Shown: in pieces, positions 8,515 through 17,134 of the stretch
Numbering within the stretch: the first letter of the stretch is position 1
Layout: each line of letters opens with the position of its first letter
Virus record (IMG/VR): IMGVR_UViG_3300042975_000096
Source: a virus
Lineage: Duplodnaviria > Caudoviricetes
Strand: one strand, 5' to 3'
Length of the DNA: 64,000 bases
Translations under genes and position numbers: made by a program
Notes under the pieces: generated by a model
Told to the model about the DNA's origin: nothing
The model's database searches: none
What the model saw: only the letters and a program-made list of their open reading frames with translations

Positions 8515-9745
8515 TTACTTATCTTCTTCTGTTTCGTATAACTGTTGACCTTTATCCTTAAGTACCCATGCAATAATTAAATTAAATACAAATATTGCAG
8601 AAAATAGATACATAATTAATTGATAAGAACCAAACACTGATTTTGTAAACGTAAGCAAAAGTGGACCAGCAATTCCTGCAAATCCCCAAGCTGTTAAAAT
8701 TCTACCATGAATTGTTGACAAATGTCGCGTTCCAAAAATATCACTAAGATATGCTGGCATACATGAAAATCCACCACCATAGCATGTAATAATCATCAAA
8801 ACAAACAATTCAAACAAAAACTCGTTCGTTGTCGTTGCCAACAAGAAGAACATTACAATTTCAAGTACAAAGAATGTAACATATGTATATCCACGACCAA
8901 TATAATCAGAAATTGTAGCCCAAACAATACGACCGAAGACCATTAAGCAATCCGACAATACCAACTAAAGCCGCTGCTCTTGTTGGCGAAAAACCAACAA
9001 CCTCTTGTGCCATAGGTGAAACAACAGATAACAATGCAATACCACAAGAAATATTTATGAAAAAAATAATCCACAACGCTTTAAACTGCCATGTACTATA
9101 AACTTCTTTTGGTGGAATATCCTCTCCAATAAAATCTTCTGCTTCATTGTATCCTTTTGGTGGAGCTAAATATAATGATGACAATGCCATAATAATCATG
9201 TAGGCAAATCCCAAAATCAAGAAATTGCTAACCAATCCATATGTAGAAGATAAAAACTGCATTAAAGGAGCAGCAATCAATGCAGCAAATCCAAATGACA
9301 TGATTGAAATTCCTGTTGCAAAACCTCTATTTTCAGGAAAATATTTAACCAGTGTAGATACAGGAGTTATATAGCCCAATCCCAATCCACAACCGCCAAT
9401 AACACCATAGAACAAATACAACAAAAATAAACTATGTAGAGATAATGCCAATGAAGTTCCAAACAATCCCAACCCAAAAAAGGCAGAAGCCAATAAACCA
9501 ACTTTTTTTGCACCCCACTTATCAACTAGATTCCCAAAAAATCCTGCTGATAATCCAAGGAATAAAATTGCCAATGAAAATGCAAATGTTGTTTGTGATA
9601 AAGACCATCCATTCTCAGCAATAATTGGATTTACCAAAACGCTCCATGCATATACGCTACCAATCGAAATATGGATTCCACCAGCTGCTAATGCAATCAA
9701 CCATCGATTCCTTTGTAGTTTTGAAAATACTTTTTTCATAACCAT
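8515..9745 (-). CDS. MFS transporter, oxalate/formate antiporter (OFA)-like family (apparent +1 frameshift at ~8935)
   Basis: NRWLIALAAGGIHISIGSVYAWSV, GLGLGYITPVSTLVKYFPENRGFATG, GRIVWATISDYIGR, YGGGFSCMPAYLSDIFG. The two tracked ORFs join as NGLGRIVW if one C is removed. Confidence 0.88.
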
Positions 9746-9798
9746 TATTTATATCACTTTCCTTTCAATTGATGTTTTTATTATATTTATTTAAAAAT

Positions 9799-9835
9799 AA
9801 AAATGCTATATATTCGTCTTAAATATATAGCATTT
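9799..9835 (-). terminator. Probable intrinsic terminator
   Basis: AAATGCTATATATT...AATATATAGCATTT inverted repeat. Confidence 0.6.
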
Positions 9836-9842
9836 CTAATAA

Positions 9843-10214
9843 TTATTCTTCTTCCCATCTATAGGCATGTCCACGCATATCAACGTGTACAACATTATCT
9901 CCATATTTCAATCCAATTCCTTCCGCGCCTTTTTCTTCGCATAAATCTGCAAATTCATCAACCGTCATATATTCAGGAACAGCAATGTCTACTGCTATAC
10001 CTTGTATATGATAACTGTTTTTGTATCCACCAACAGATTCATTATAGTCCTTACATCTAGCGCAAGATATAATTTCTAATGGTTCTTCGACTTCTGATTG
10101 TACATTATCCAAAAAATCTAATAATTCCTCTGCAATTCCATCTTCTGGTTGCCATCCACAATGCGGACATGACAATGATTCTTCATCAAAACTATTTGAA
10201 CTATTCATATTCAA
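9843..10214 (-). CDS. Peptidase M15A-family Zn metallopeptidase
   Basis: CPHCG, ISCARC...NESVGGYKNSYH..GIAVDI and VHVDMRG (His/Asp/His Zn ligands). Confidence 0.82.
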   Translation of the reverse strand: MNMNSSNSFDEESLSCPHCGWQPEDGIAEELLDFLDNVQSEVEEPLEIISCARCKDYNESVGGYKNSYHIQGIAVDIAVPEYMTVDEFADLCEEKGAEGIGLKYGDNVVHVDMRGHAYRWEEE

Positions 10215-10356
10215 TTGTAGGGAAAATAGTTAATTTCTTTTTCTAAATAATAAATATGTCATTTTCACCTACTTTTCACCTCACTTTAAAATTTTATTTT
10301 ATTATCCATACTTTAAATAGTATTTATCAGACCTTTTATCTTTGTATTATTAATAC

Positions 10357-10397
10357 AAAAAATGACGAATGCATATACTACACATTCGTCATTTTTT
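10357..10397 (-). terminator. Intrinsic terminator after HU gene 1
   Basis: AAAAAATGACGAATG...CATTCGTCATTTTTT inverted repeat. Confidence 0.7.
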
Positions 10398-10402
10398 CAC
10401 AA

Positions 10403-10681
10403 TTAAGCATTCAGTTTATCTTTCAAGCTACTAGATACAACTACCTTCAATGCTTTAGACGGAGGAATGTCTACCATTTCTCTCGTTTGTGGATTGCGAC
10501 CTTTACGCGCCGCTCTATCAATACGCTTAAACGTACCAAAATTCTTTTGATTATATGTATCGCCATCAACCAATGCATCCACCAATACATCGAAGAATGT
10601 GTCTACACAATCCTCAATTTGGGTTAACGTAATTCCATCCATTCTATCTGAAATTGCTTTTGCCATATCATGTTTCTTCAT
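10403..10681 (-). CDS. HU/IHF-family DNA-binding protein (divergent copy)
   Basis: NFGTF...[11 protein letters not shown], 92 aa. Confidence 0.9.
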   Translation of the reverse strand: MKKHDMAKAISDRMDGITLTQIEDCVDTFFDVLVDALVDGDTYNQKNFGTFKRIDRAARKGRNPQTREMVDIPPSKALKVVVSSSLKDKLNA

Positions 10682-10783
10682 GTAAAATCACCTATTATCT
10701 ATTTTTTTAATAATGTCCTTCTTTAACTAAGAAATTCTCATTTCTATGAAATTAATACATCTTGTTTACATAAAATATTTGTC

Positions 10784-11137
10784 GTTTTTATTCACGCACC
10801 CATACGGGTGCGACCATTTGAACGCTTCTGCTAGTTTTGCATCTTTTTCATTTCGATTCACGCACCTCTGCGAGGTGCGACTTCAAGTTCAGAAAAACTA
10901 TATTTACTTGTATATTTCAATTCACGCACCTCTGCGAGGTGCGACTTGTAGGTGGTACAACCGCATCGTGCATTTCAATTCACGCACCTCTGCGAGGTGC
11001 GACATACTTTTTTAAGTTTCTTTATTTCATTCTTTATTATTTCAATTCACGCACCTCTGCGAGGTGCGACACATCAGAGCTGAAAACTGTTGATGATAAG
11101 CAGTTATTTCAATTCACGCACCTCTGCGAGGTGCGAC
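10784..11137 (-). CRISPR. CRISPR array 2, type I-C-like, 6 repeats and 5 spacers, no adjacent cas genes
   Basis: 32-nt repeat (transcribed GTCGCACCTCGCAGAGGTGCGTGAATTGAAAT) at 10850 (one mismatch), 10914, 10972, 11039 and 11106, plus a degenerate terminal repeat at 10784-10814; spacers 35, 32, 26, 35 and 35 nt. Confidence 0.96.
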
Positions 11138-11337
11138 AGCACACATGCCAAAGCCTTGCTATGCAAGGGCTGAAATGGCACTTTGTGCGAACCCCTAACC
11201 ATTTTACAAAATTCATTGACATTTCCCCATGAAAATAAGCATGAACCCTGTAAAACAAAGGGGTGCGAAGCACCTAGTGTTTTTCTGTTCACTTATGCTT
11301 CGCACTTATTATAACATTTAATTTATTATTTTGTCAA
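11138..11337 (-). promoter_or_regulatory. CRISPR leader copy 2 with sigma70/sigmaA promoter
   Basis: TTGACA (11337-11332), 18 nt, TGnTATAAT (11313-11308); ~200-nt near-duplicate of 2551-2751. Confidence 0.88.
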
Positions 11338-11378
11338 GTGTTTTTTACTTAAAATCTCATAACATAAAAATCTTATAG

Positions 11379-12170
11379 TTACTGCTTCTTTTCAGTTGCT
11401 TCCCAATACTGATTAATCTGTGCAATTGCTCCCTGAACAATATCATTCATTTCTTCCTTATTCAAGGAATCCTTTACCTGTGCATCGTCATTAATCTTCT
11501 TGATTTTCTGTTTCTGCAAAGTGTTTTCCATAATTTTCTTCGCCAATACAATATTTTTCGTTGTATGAAGAAGCTTTACATTCGTTGCCACATTCTGAAT
11601 CAAAACAATATAATCATTTTTTTCCTGATACATTGTAACAACAATATCATCCTGCGACTTTTCTTCCAATTTATCCATTAGCAGAACGTCTTCCAACTGA
11701 TAATCATGTTCTTCTTTTTCTTCAAGCCTAGCAATATGCTGTACTTTAATCAAATCTGCAATTTCCTGACAAACTCTTAATGGTCTCGTGTTGAACGAAT
11801 CCATATACTCATTAAACAAACTTTCATCTGCCAAAGGATATTTTGCTTTCAATTCACGTACTTTTTGCAAAGTAGCATAAATAACCTTATCATTCTGTTC
11901 TTTTGTTTGTTCATTATGTCGTTTATCAATTTTTGCCTGTTCGATTTCTTTTGTTAAACGTCTACGTTCTTTTTCTTTTTCCAAATACCCGTCTTTTTCC
12001 AAATCATGTTTAACAAAAATATTGTTATAAATATAATCCGCAAAACTATACAAGCACAATCCAAAAACATGTAATGCCACAAATGCAACCTTAAAAAACA
12101 AATATCCAAAAGCAATGATAATCAATGCAATTCCAATTGTCATTAATCCAAGTCCAAACATGTTAATCAA
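11379..12170 (-). CDS. Hypothetical membrane-anchored protein
   Basis: 263-aa ORF with N-terminal hydrophobic helices followed by a charged coiled-coil region. Confidence 0.7.
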   Translation of the reverse strand: MINMFGLGLMTIGIALIIIAFGYLFFKVAFVALHVFGLCLYSFADYIYNNIFVKHDLEKDGYLEKEKERRRLTKEIEQAKIDKRHNEQTKEQNDKVIYATLQKVRELKAKYPLADESLFNEYMDSFNTRPLRVCQEIADLIKVQHIARLEEKEEHDYQLEDVLLMDKLEEKSQDDIVVTMYQEKNDYIVLIQNVATNVKLLHTTKNIVLAKKIMENTLQKQKIKKINDDAQVKDSLNKEEMNDIVQGAIAQINQYWEATEKKQ

Positions 12171-12190
12171 TCCCCTTTCTTTATGATTAT

Positions 12191-12219
12191 ATTATATCAT
12201 AGGGTATTGATTTTGTCAA
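12191..12219 (-). promoter_or_regulatory. Consensus sigma70/sigmaA promoter
   Basis: TTGACA-17 nt-TATAAT with extended TG. Confidence 0.8.
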
Positions 12220-12226
12220 CAAGTTT

Positions 12227-12655
12227 TTAAAAAAATAATAATGAAATTACAAAAGCACTAATCATGGTTATACATATCATCATATCTATAATTCGTTTAT
12301 CCTGTATACAGGCAAATAAAATACTAAGTGAACCGTATATAGACAACAAAACACTAAACCATTTATTATAATCAAGCTCTTTGCCCATCATTAATATTGT
12401 CACAAATGTACAAATACATAAAAACATTGATAAAAAATAAAAGCTAGTGCTTTTTTTAAAAATAACCATAGCCAAAAAGCACATAAAAGCCTCTAACAAT
12501 ATCATGTATACATTTTCTCGAAAAAAATAACCTGTAGTGGAAAAATATAAATATATTACCATGTTTGACAATTTTAAATTATGATTAATTACAAAATTAG
12601 ATAATCGTTCCAATTTATACCCCCATGTAAAAATAAGCATGTGCTTGTTTGGCAC
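12227..12655 (-). CDS. Hypothetical integral membrane protein
   Basis: 142-aa ORF with several hydrophobic segments. Confidence 0.6.
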   Translation of the reverse strand: MPNKHMLIFTWGYKLERLSNFVINHNLKLSNMVIYLYFSTTGYFFRENVYMILLEAFMCFLAMVIFKKSTSFYFLSMFLCICTFVTILMMGKELDYNKWFSVLLSIYGSLSILFACIQDKRIIDMMICITMISAFVISLLFF

Positions 12656-12674
12656 ATGCTTACCATCTATAAGA

Positions 12675-12950
12675 TTACTTATTTACTGCTTCTTTAAGTG
12701 CCTTACCAGCCTTAAATGCCGGTGCTTTAGAAGCAGCAATCTCAATTTCTGCTCCAGTCTGAGGATTACGACCCTTACGAGCAGCACGTTCACGAACCTC
12801 GAACGTACCAAATCCTACAATCTGAAGCTTATCACCTGCCGAAAGAGTTTCGGTAATTGCCGTGAAAACCGCATTTACTGCCTTTTCTGCATCCTTCTTC
12901 GTAAGTTCTGCACCGTTTGCTACATTTGTAATAAGTTCCTGTTTTGTCAT
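12675..12950 (-). CDS. hup: HU DNA-binding protein (canonical copy)
   Basis: MTKQELI...[21 protein letters not shown]...[13 protein letters not shown]. Confidence 0.95.
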   Translation of the reverse strand: MTKQELITNVANGAELTKKDAEKAVNAVFTAITETLSAGDKLQIVGFGTFEVRERAARKGRNPQTGAEIEIAASKAPAFKAGKALKEAVNK

Positions 12951-13010
12951 AATGTTTTTTCTCTCCTTCGCTAACTTTTTGTTAGCATGTTTTATTTGAT
13001 TTACAATGAT

Positions 13011-13039
13011 ATTATACTAAAAATTTAATTGTTTGTCAA
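13011..13039 (-). promoter_or_regulatory. Consensus sigma70/sigmaA promoter for hup
   Basis: TTGACA (13039-13034), 17 nt, TATAAT (13016-13011). Confidence 0.78.
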
Positions 13040-13663
13040 CCCATTTTTTCTTACTTTTAAACTATTTTGCGTTAATTCTATTAAATATTTTGCTTCATCA
13101 GCATTTTTTTCTAACAACTCATAGTCTAATTTCTTATATATAGATTGAATATAATCAAATTCAGTATCAAATTTATCATGAAAATTATTTTGAACGAACC
13201 TTAAATAATTTCTACACGCAATAGAACAAATAAAGTTTATTTCTAATAATGATATTGTATGAACATTCTCATGGTTTAATTCTGTCAATGCGACCTTCAA
13301 CTCATTTAATTTATCGTCACCATTGAATTCTAATTTGAATTTGTGTTGCAATGAACTGCAAGCATCTTCTAGTGTAGGCAAATCATAGAACAGTTCTTCA
13401 AACTTAACAATATCTCCACCTTTATGACATCCAAAACAAAACCATGAAGTATAATCTTGAACTTTTCCGTCAGTGTTTCTATATCCTTTTGGATATATTC
13501 GTAATGAAGGTGTTTTTTCGTCATGAAACGGACAACGACAAGAATACAATCCTCCTATTTTTTTTATATCAACCAAAGAAGATATATATTTTACTTCATC
13601 TATTGAACGCCTTATAAATTTTATTTTTAATTTTAATTCTTCGTCTATCATAATGATTCCCAT
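13025..13663 (-). CDS. CHC2 zinc-finger protein (primase zinc-binding domain without TOPRIM)
   Basis: CPFHDEKTPS...WFCFGCHKGGDIV; 212 aa. Confidence 0.85.
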   Translation of the reverse strand: MGIIMIDEELKLKIKFIRRSIDEVKYISSLVDIKKIGGLYSCRCPFHDEKTPSLRIYPKGYRNTDGKVQDYTSWFCFGCHKGGDIVKFEELFYDLPTLEDACSSLQHKFKLEFNGDDKLNELKVALTELNHENVHTISLLEINFICSIACRNYLRFVQNNFHDKFDTEFDYIQSIYKKLDYELLEKNADEAKYLIELTQNSLKVRKNGLTNN

Positions 13664-15012
13664 CCATCATCGTCAACTTCAACAACTTTTAACTTATTAT
13701 ATTGTTTTTCTATACTGAATTTAAATGAAGCACCGTCACGAGTTTTCATAGATTCAATAATACCATTTGTATCGTCAATGGAACGAATTGTCATTGCATT
13801 ATCACAATGGTCTGCAATTTGGTCTGACCCTGCAATTGCAGTAGTATCGGTACGACCATTTTTCTGGTCACCATCTTTTTTACCTTCACGGTTCATCTGT
13901 ACTGCGGATATCACAATTTTATTATTATCACGAGCAAAATGTTTCAAATCAAGCGATATTTGTCCTAAATCATCTCTAGCAACACCTGTTGGATTATTTG
14001 CAGACATAATACCTGCATAATCAACAACAATGAAATCATAAATAACATTTGTTTTTCTTTCAATTTCTTTTGTTTTTGATTCAATAAATGACGGAGTAAC
14101 CGCACTAGGACAATCGACAATATATACTTTACCCACTTTATTGCCAAAAACATCTTCGTTCTTTTTCAGTGCTTCAATATATTCTTCATATACTTTTTCT
14201 TCGCTATCAGATAACGTACCGCTTTTCAATCCTCTCGACTCAACCATAGCTGCACGTGCATCCCATCTACGTTCATATTGTTTTTTATCAATTTCCAAAG
14301 AAAAGAACAGTACATTTATTCCTTGTTTCCAAACATGATATGCTAAATTCAACATTAATGTTGATTTACCATCACCTTTTCTACCTGCAATAAAATTCGT
14401 TGTTCCATAACCCCAACCAATAATTGCTTCATCAATATGTTTGTATCCTGTTTTTATTAATTTTACTTCTTCAGGATGTTCTTTATAGTATTTATATTCG
14501 TCTAAACGTTCTTGCGCATCCTCATCAACAGCACCTTCGCGTTCTACATCAAAATCTGTTGATTGTATTTTAACAAATGTTTTTTGAATTTTCTCTAACA
14601 TTTCCTCAAATGAATCTTCAGAACATGAATTTGGATTTGCGCTTATTATTTCTTCTGCCATTTTTAACGCTTGTCTGCGTTTGTAATAACCAATAAGCTC
14701 ATCCTCAATTGCATGAAAATCAGCTTCATCAATCAATATCATAGTTCTGGCTTCCGAAATAATTGTTTTTAAACGAATCATTTCATCTGGCTCTAAATTA
14801 TGTTTAACAAATTGCCGTTCCATCGTATCATCTGAAATAATACCTTTATATTTCTCATAATACGATGTAACCATAATATAAATGTTTCTAATATTAACAA
14901 AATATGAGCGTTTCATTTTTGACATTGCTTGACCAATATATAATTTATCGCTTAACAAATAAGCTAAAAACTTTTTTTCTAATTCTAACACTTGTGAATT
15001 ATTGCTTGCCAT
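13648..15012 (-). CDS. dnaB: DnaB-like replicative helicase
   Basis: TGYKHID, Walker A GRKGDGKS, FFSLE, VVDY, SAVQMNR, IAGSDQI, KTRDG. Confidence 0.9.
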   Translation of the reverse strand: MASNNSQVLELEKKFLAYLLSDKLYIGQAMSKMKRSYFVNIRNIYIMVTSYYEKYKGIISDDTMERQFVKHNLEPDEMIRLKTIISEARTMILIDEADFHAIEDELIGYYKRRQALKMAEEIISANPNSCSEDSFEEMLEKIQKTFVKIQSTDFDVEREGAVDEDAQERLDEYKYYKEHPEEVKLIKTGYKHIDEAIIGWGYGTTNFIAGRKGDGKSTLMLNLAYHVWKQGINVLFFSLEIDKKQYERRWDARAAMVESRGLKSGTLSDSEEKVYEEYIEALKKNEDVFGNKVGKVYIVDCPSAVTPSFIESKTKEIERKTNVIYDFIVVDYAGIMSANNPTGVARDDLGQISLDLKHFARDNNKIVISAVQMNREGKKDGDQKNGRTDTTAIAGSDQIADHCDNAMTIRSIDDTNGIIESMKTRDGASFKFSIEKQYNKLKVVEVDDDGWESL

Positions 15013-15030
15013 TAACGCTACCCCTTATCA

Positions 15031-15802
15031 TTAAAATTCTTCAAAAGAATCTTGTTTTTCAATTCTATGATTATCTCCTGCAATATAGACAATTTCATCA
15101 TTTTGAATGATAAAATCTTTTACATCAATATTATATTCTGTTTCAATTTCATTAATATTATAATTTGAAGAAATAATTGTTGGTAAGCAATCATTATCTC
15201 TTTTCCTTAAAATCATTTCCAACAATCGTTGTGAAAACTGTTTTTCGTTTTTCCCAGGTTTCATTACCAACATTATCAATGATAAGTAAATCCGATTTAT
15301 ATAAAAACTGTTTTAATTGAGCTTTTTCTTCTTCACTTTTTGAAAACTGTTTTTTTACAATATCATCATACATTGAGAATCCAACAATAAATCTTTTTTT
15401 ATCCTCAAACGTATCAGGGTTAATCATTGCCGAAACACGTTTTGCAATTACGCATTCTGTTGTTGTTTTGCCACGTCCATGCGGGCCAGTTAAAAACAAT
15501 CCTTTACCTGCATCATAATTATCAATAAAATTATCAATATATTTATTGATAATTTTAAAAAATGATTTATCTTTTAAAATATCCAAATCCCATTTATCAT
15601 CCAAAAACTTTCTAGGTATTCCCCAATCCAACAATCGAATATTACGCTTCGCTTTTTTTAAACATTCACATGGAACAAACGTATCGTATATACCATCTAC
15701 TTTTGCAATAAGTCCTGTGCCACCGCAAATTTTACATGGTTTAACGATACGTCTCTTATTTTTCTTCAATTCCAATTCTTTATTTTCATCCGACAGAAAC
15801 AT
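15031..15802 (-). CDS. DnaC/IstB-like helicase loader ATPase (apparent +1 frameshift at ~15257)
   Basis: CxxC...CxC zinc motif, Walker A GPHGRGKT, Walker B LLIIDNVG; continues in the +1 frame as RKRDND.LPTIISSN. Confidence 0.85.
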
Positions 15803-15871
15803 TGAAAATACACTCCCCTTTTTAAGACTTCAAATTTAATGATTTTGAAATCTCTTTATGAGGATAGTATA

Positions 15872-17128
15872 TTACAATGATAATTGATTTGTTAACCACT
15901 CATCAAAACATTTCTTAGAACGATTAATCTTCTCAATTACTGAATCATTGTCAGAATATTTATTTATTATTTCTGCAAATCTAGAGTGTCTATTATCTTG
16001 ATTTTCTTTGCCAACACGATACATTTCACTATCTAAATTAAGCCCTATTTTGAACGCCCATTCAAAATAAGTATATCTATTATCAAAGTCACCTAATAAA
16101 TATGCTTCTTTAATTAATTTTAAACATGGTTCATAAATGCGTTTACTTATATCTCTTAACCGCATTTTACCGTGTTTAACTTGTTCCACAACCTCATTTA
16201 TTTCTCTTTCATCTGTATATGCCCTGCACGGATTAAGATTGTTTTTATAATCTCTGTATTTAGCAACATTTCCATCAAACCACAATAGCACTTTTATCTT
16301 TTCTTTTATCATTCCATCAATTACATTTTTCATTTCTTCAAACGTTAAATTATTTGCTCTTTGTGATGATTCTAATGCTTTTACTTCCTTAATAAAATAT
16401 TTTTTATTCATTTTCATTTTCAAAGATTTATAATAATATTTAATCAAAAAAGGAATTGTTCCTTTTTGATTTATTTTCCTTGCGTTTTCATAGAAAATAC
16501 TAGCATCATTTAATACATAATTGATTGAGCGTAAATTAGAATATCCCATATTTGCCATATATTTTAAAACATTTCTAACCTGTTCAACAGTAAAATTATT
16601 CTTTGTAAATAATGACTTAATCAATTTTATTTCAATGGTATAGTTAAAACATTGACTATGAATCGTTTGATAAAATTCGTTTACTAATGCTTTCGGTCTA
16701 TCTTTTTCAGGCAAATCTTTAAACAATCTCGATTCTTGATTTTTTTGAAGTTTACGCATTTCCTCTAACTGTGCCAATTTTTCTGCTTCCTGCTTCAATT
16801 TTTCTAATTTACGCTTTGCTTTTTCTTCTTGTTTTTTATTAAACAAGACTTCTTTCTTTTTTCTTTCATCTTCATTGATTTTATTCATAATCAATGTTTT
16901 TTTATCTAGTTCTTCACCTTCAAAATATTGTTTATATTTCATGTAAACAGATACAATATCTTTACATTTTAAATGCGCTTCATTATATACAGAGGACAAC
17001 AACTGATGCTGTTCATCCTCCATTTTTACAATATGATTCTTCATAGCAATTGAACTCTTAAATTCCTTATTGCAACAAGGGCATTTAGAATCATTAATCT
17101 GAAACTCATCCATAAACCATACCTCCAT
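15872..17128 (-). CDS. Hypothetical protein with N-terminal C2H2-like zinc finger (possible replication initiator)
   Basis: CPCCNKEF...KNH...H; lies immediately upstream of the loader and helicase genes. Confidence 0.6.
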   Translation of the reverse strand: MEVWFMDEFQINDSKCPCCNKEFKSSIAMKNHIVKMEDEQHQLLSSVYNEAHLKCKDIVSVYMKYKQYFEGEELDKKTLIMNKINEDERKKKEVLFNKKQEEKAKRKLEKLKQEAEKLAQLEEMRKLQKNQESRLFKDLPEKDRPKALVNEFYQTIHSQCFNYTIEIKLIKSLFTKNNFTVEQVRNVLKYMANMGYSNLRSINYVLNDASIFYENARKINQKGTIPFLIKYYYKSLKMKMNKKYFIKEVKALESSQRANNLTFEEMKNVIDGMIKEKIKVLLWFDGNVAKYRDYKNNLNPCRAYTDEREINEVVEQVKHGKMRLRDISKRIYEPCLKLIKEAYLLGDFDNRYTYFEWAFKIGLNLDSEMYRVGKENQDNRHSRFAEIINKYSDNDSVIEKINRSKKCFDEWLTNQLSL

Positions 17129-17134
17129 TAATTC

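Noticed and set aside
10815-11105. Self-targeting spacers (13-nt match near 54181, 11-nt match near 59227)
   Set aside because: Too short to be meaningful in AT-rich DNA; no full protospacer noticed in the window, though the search was by eye
2464-11292. ORFs 2464-2658, 10746-11015, 10837-11232 and 11104-11292 with mutually similar peptides
   Set aside because: They are translations of CRISPR repeats and the duplicated leader, not proteins
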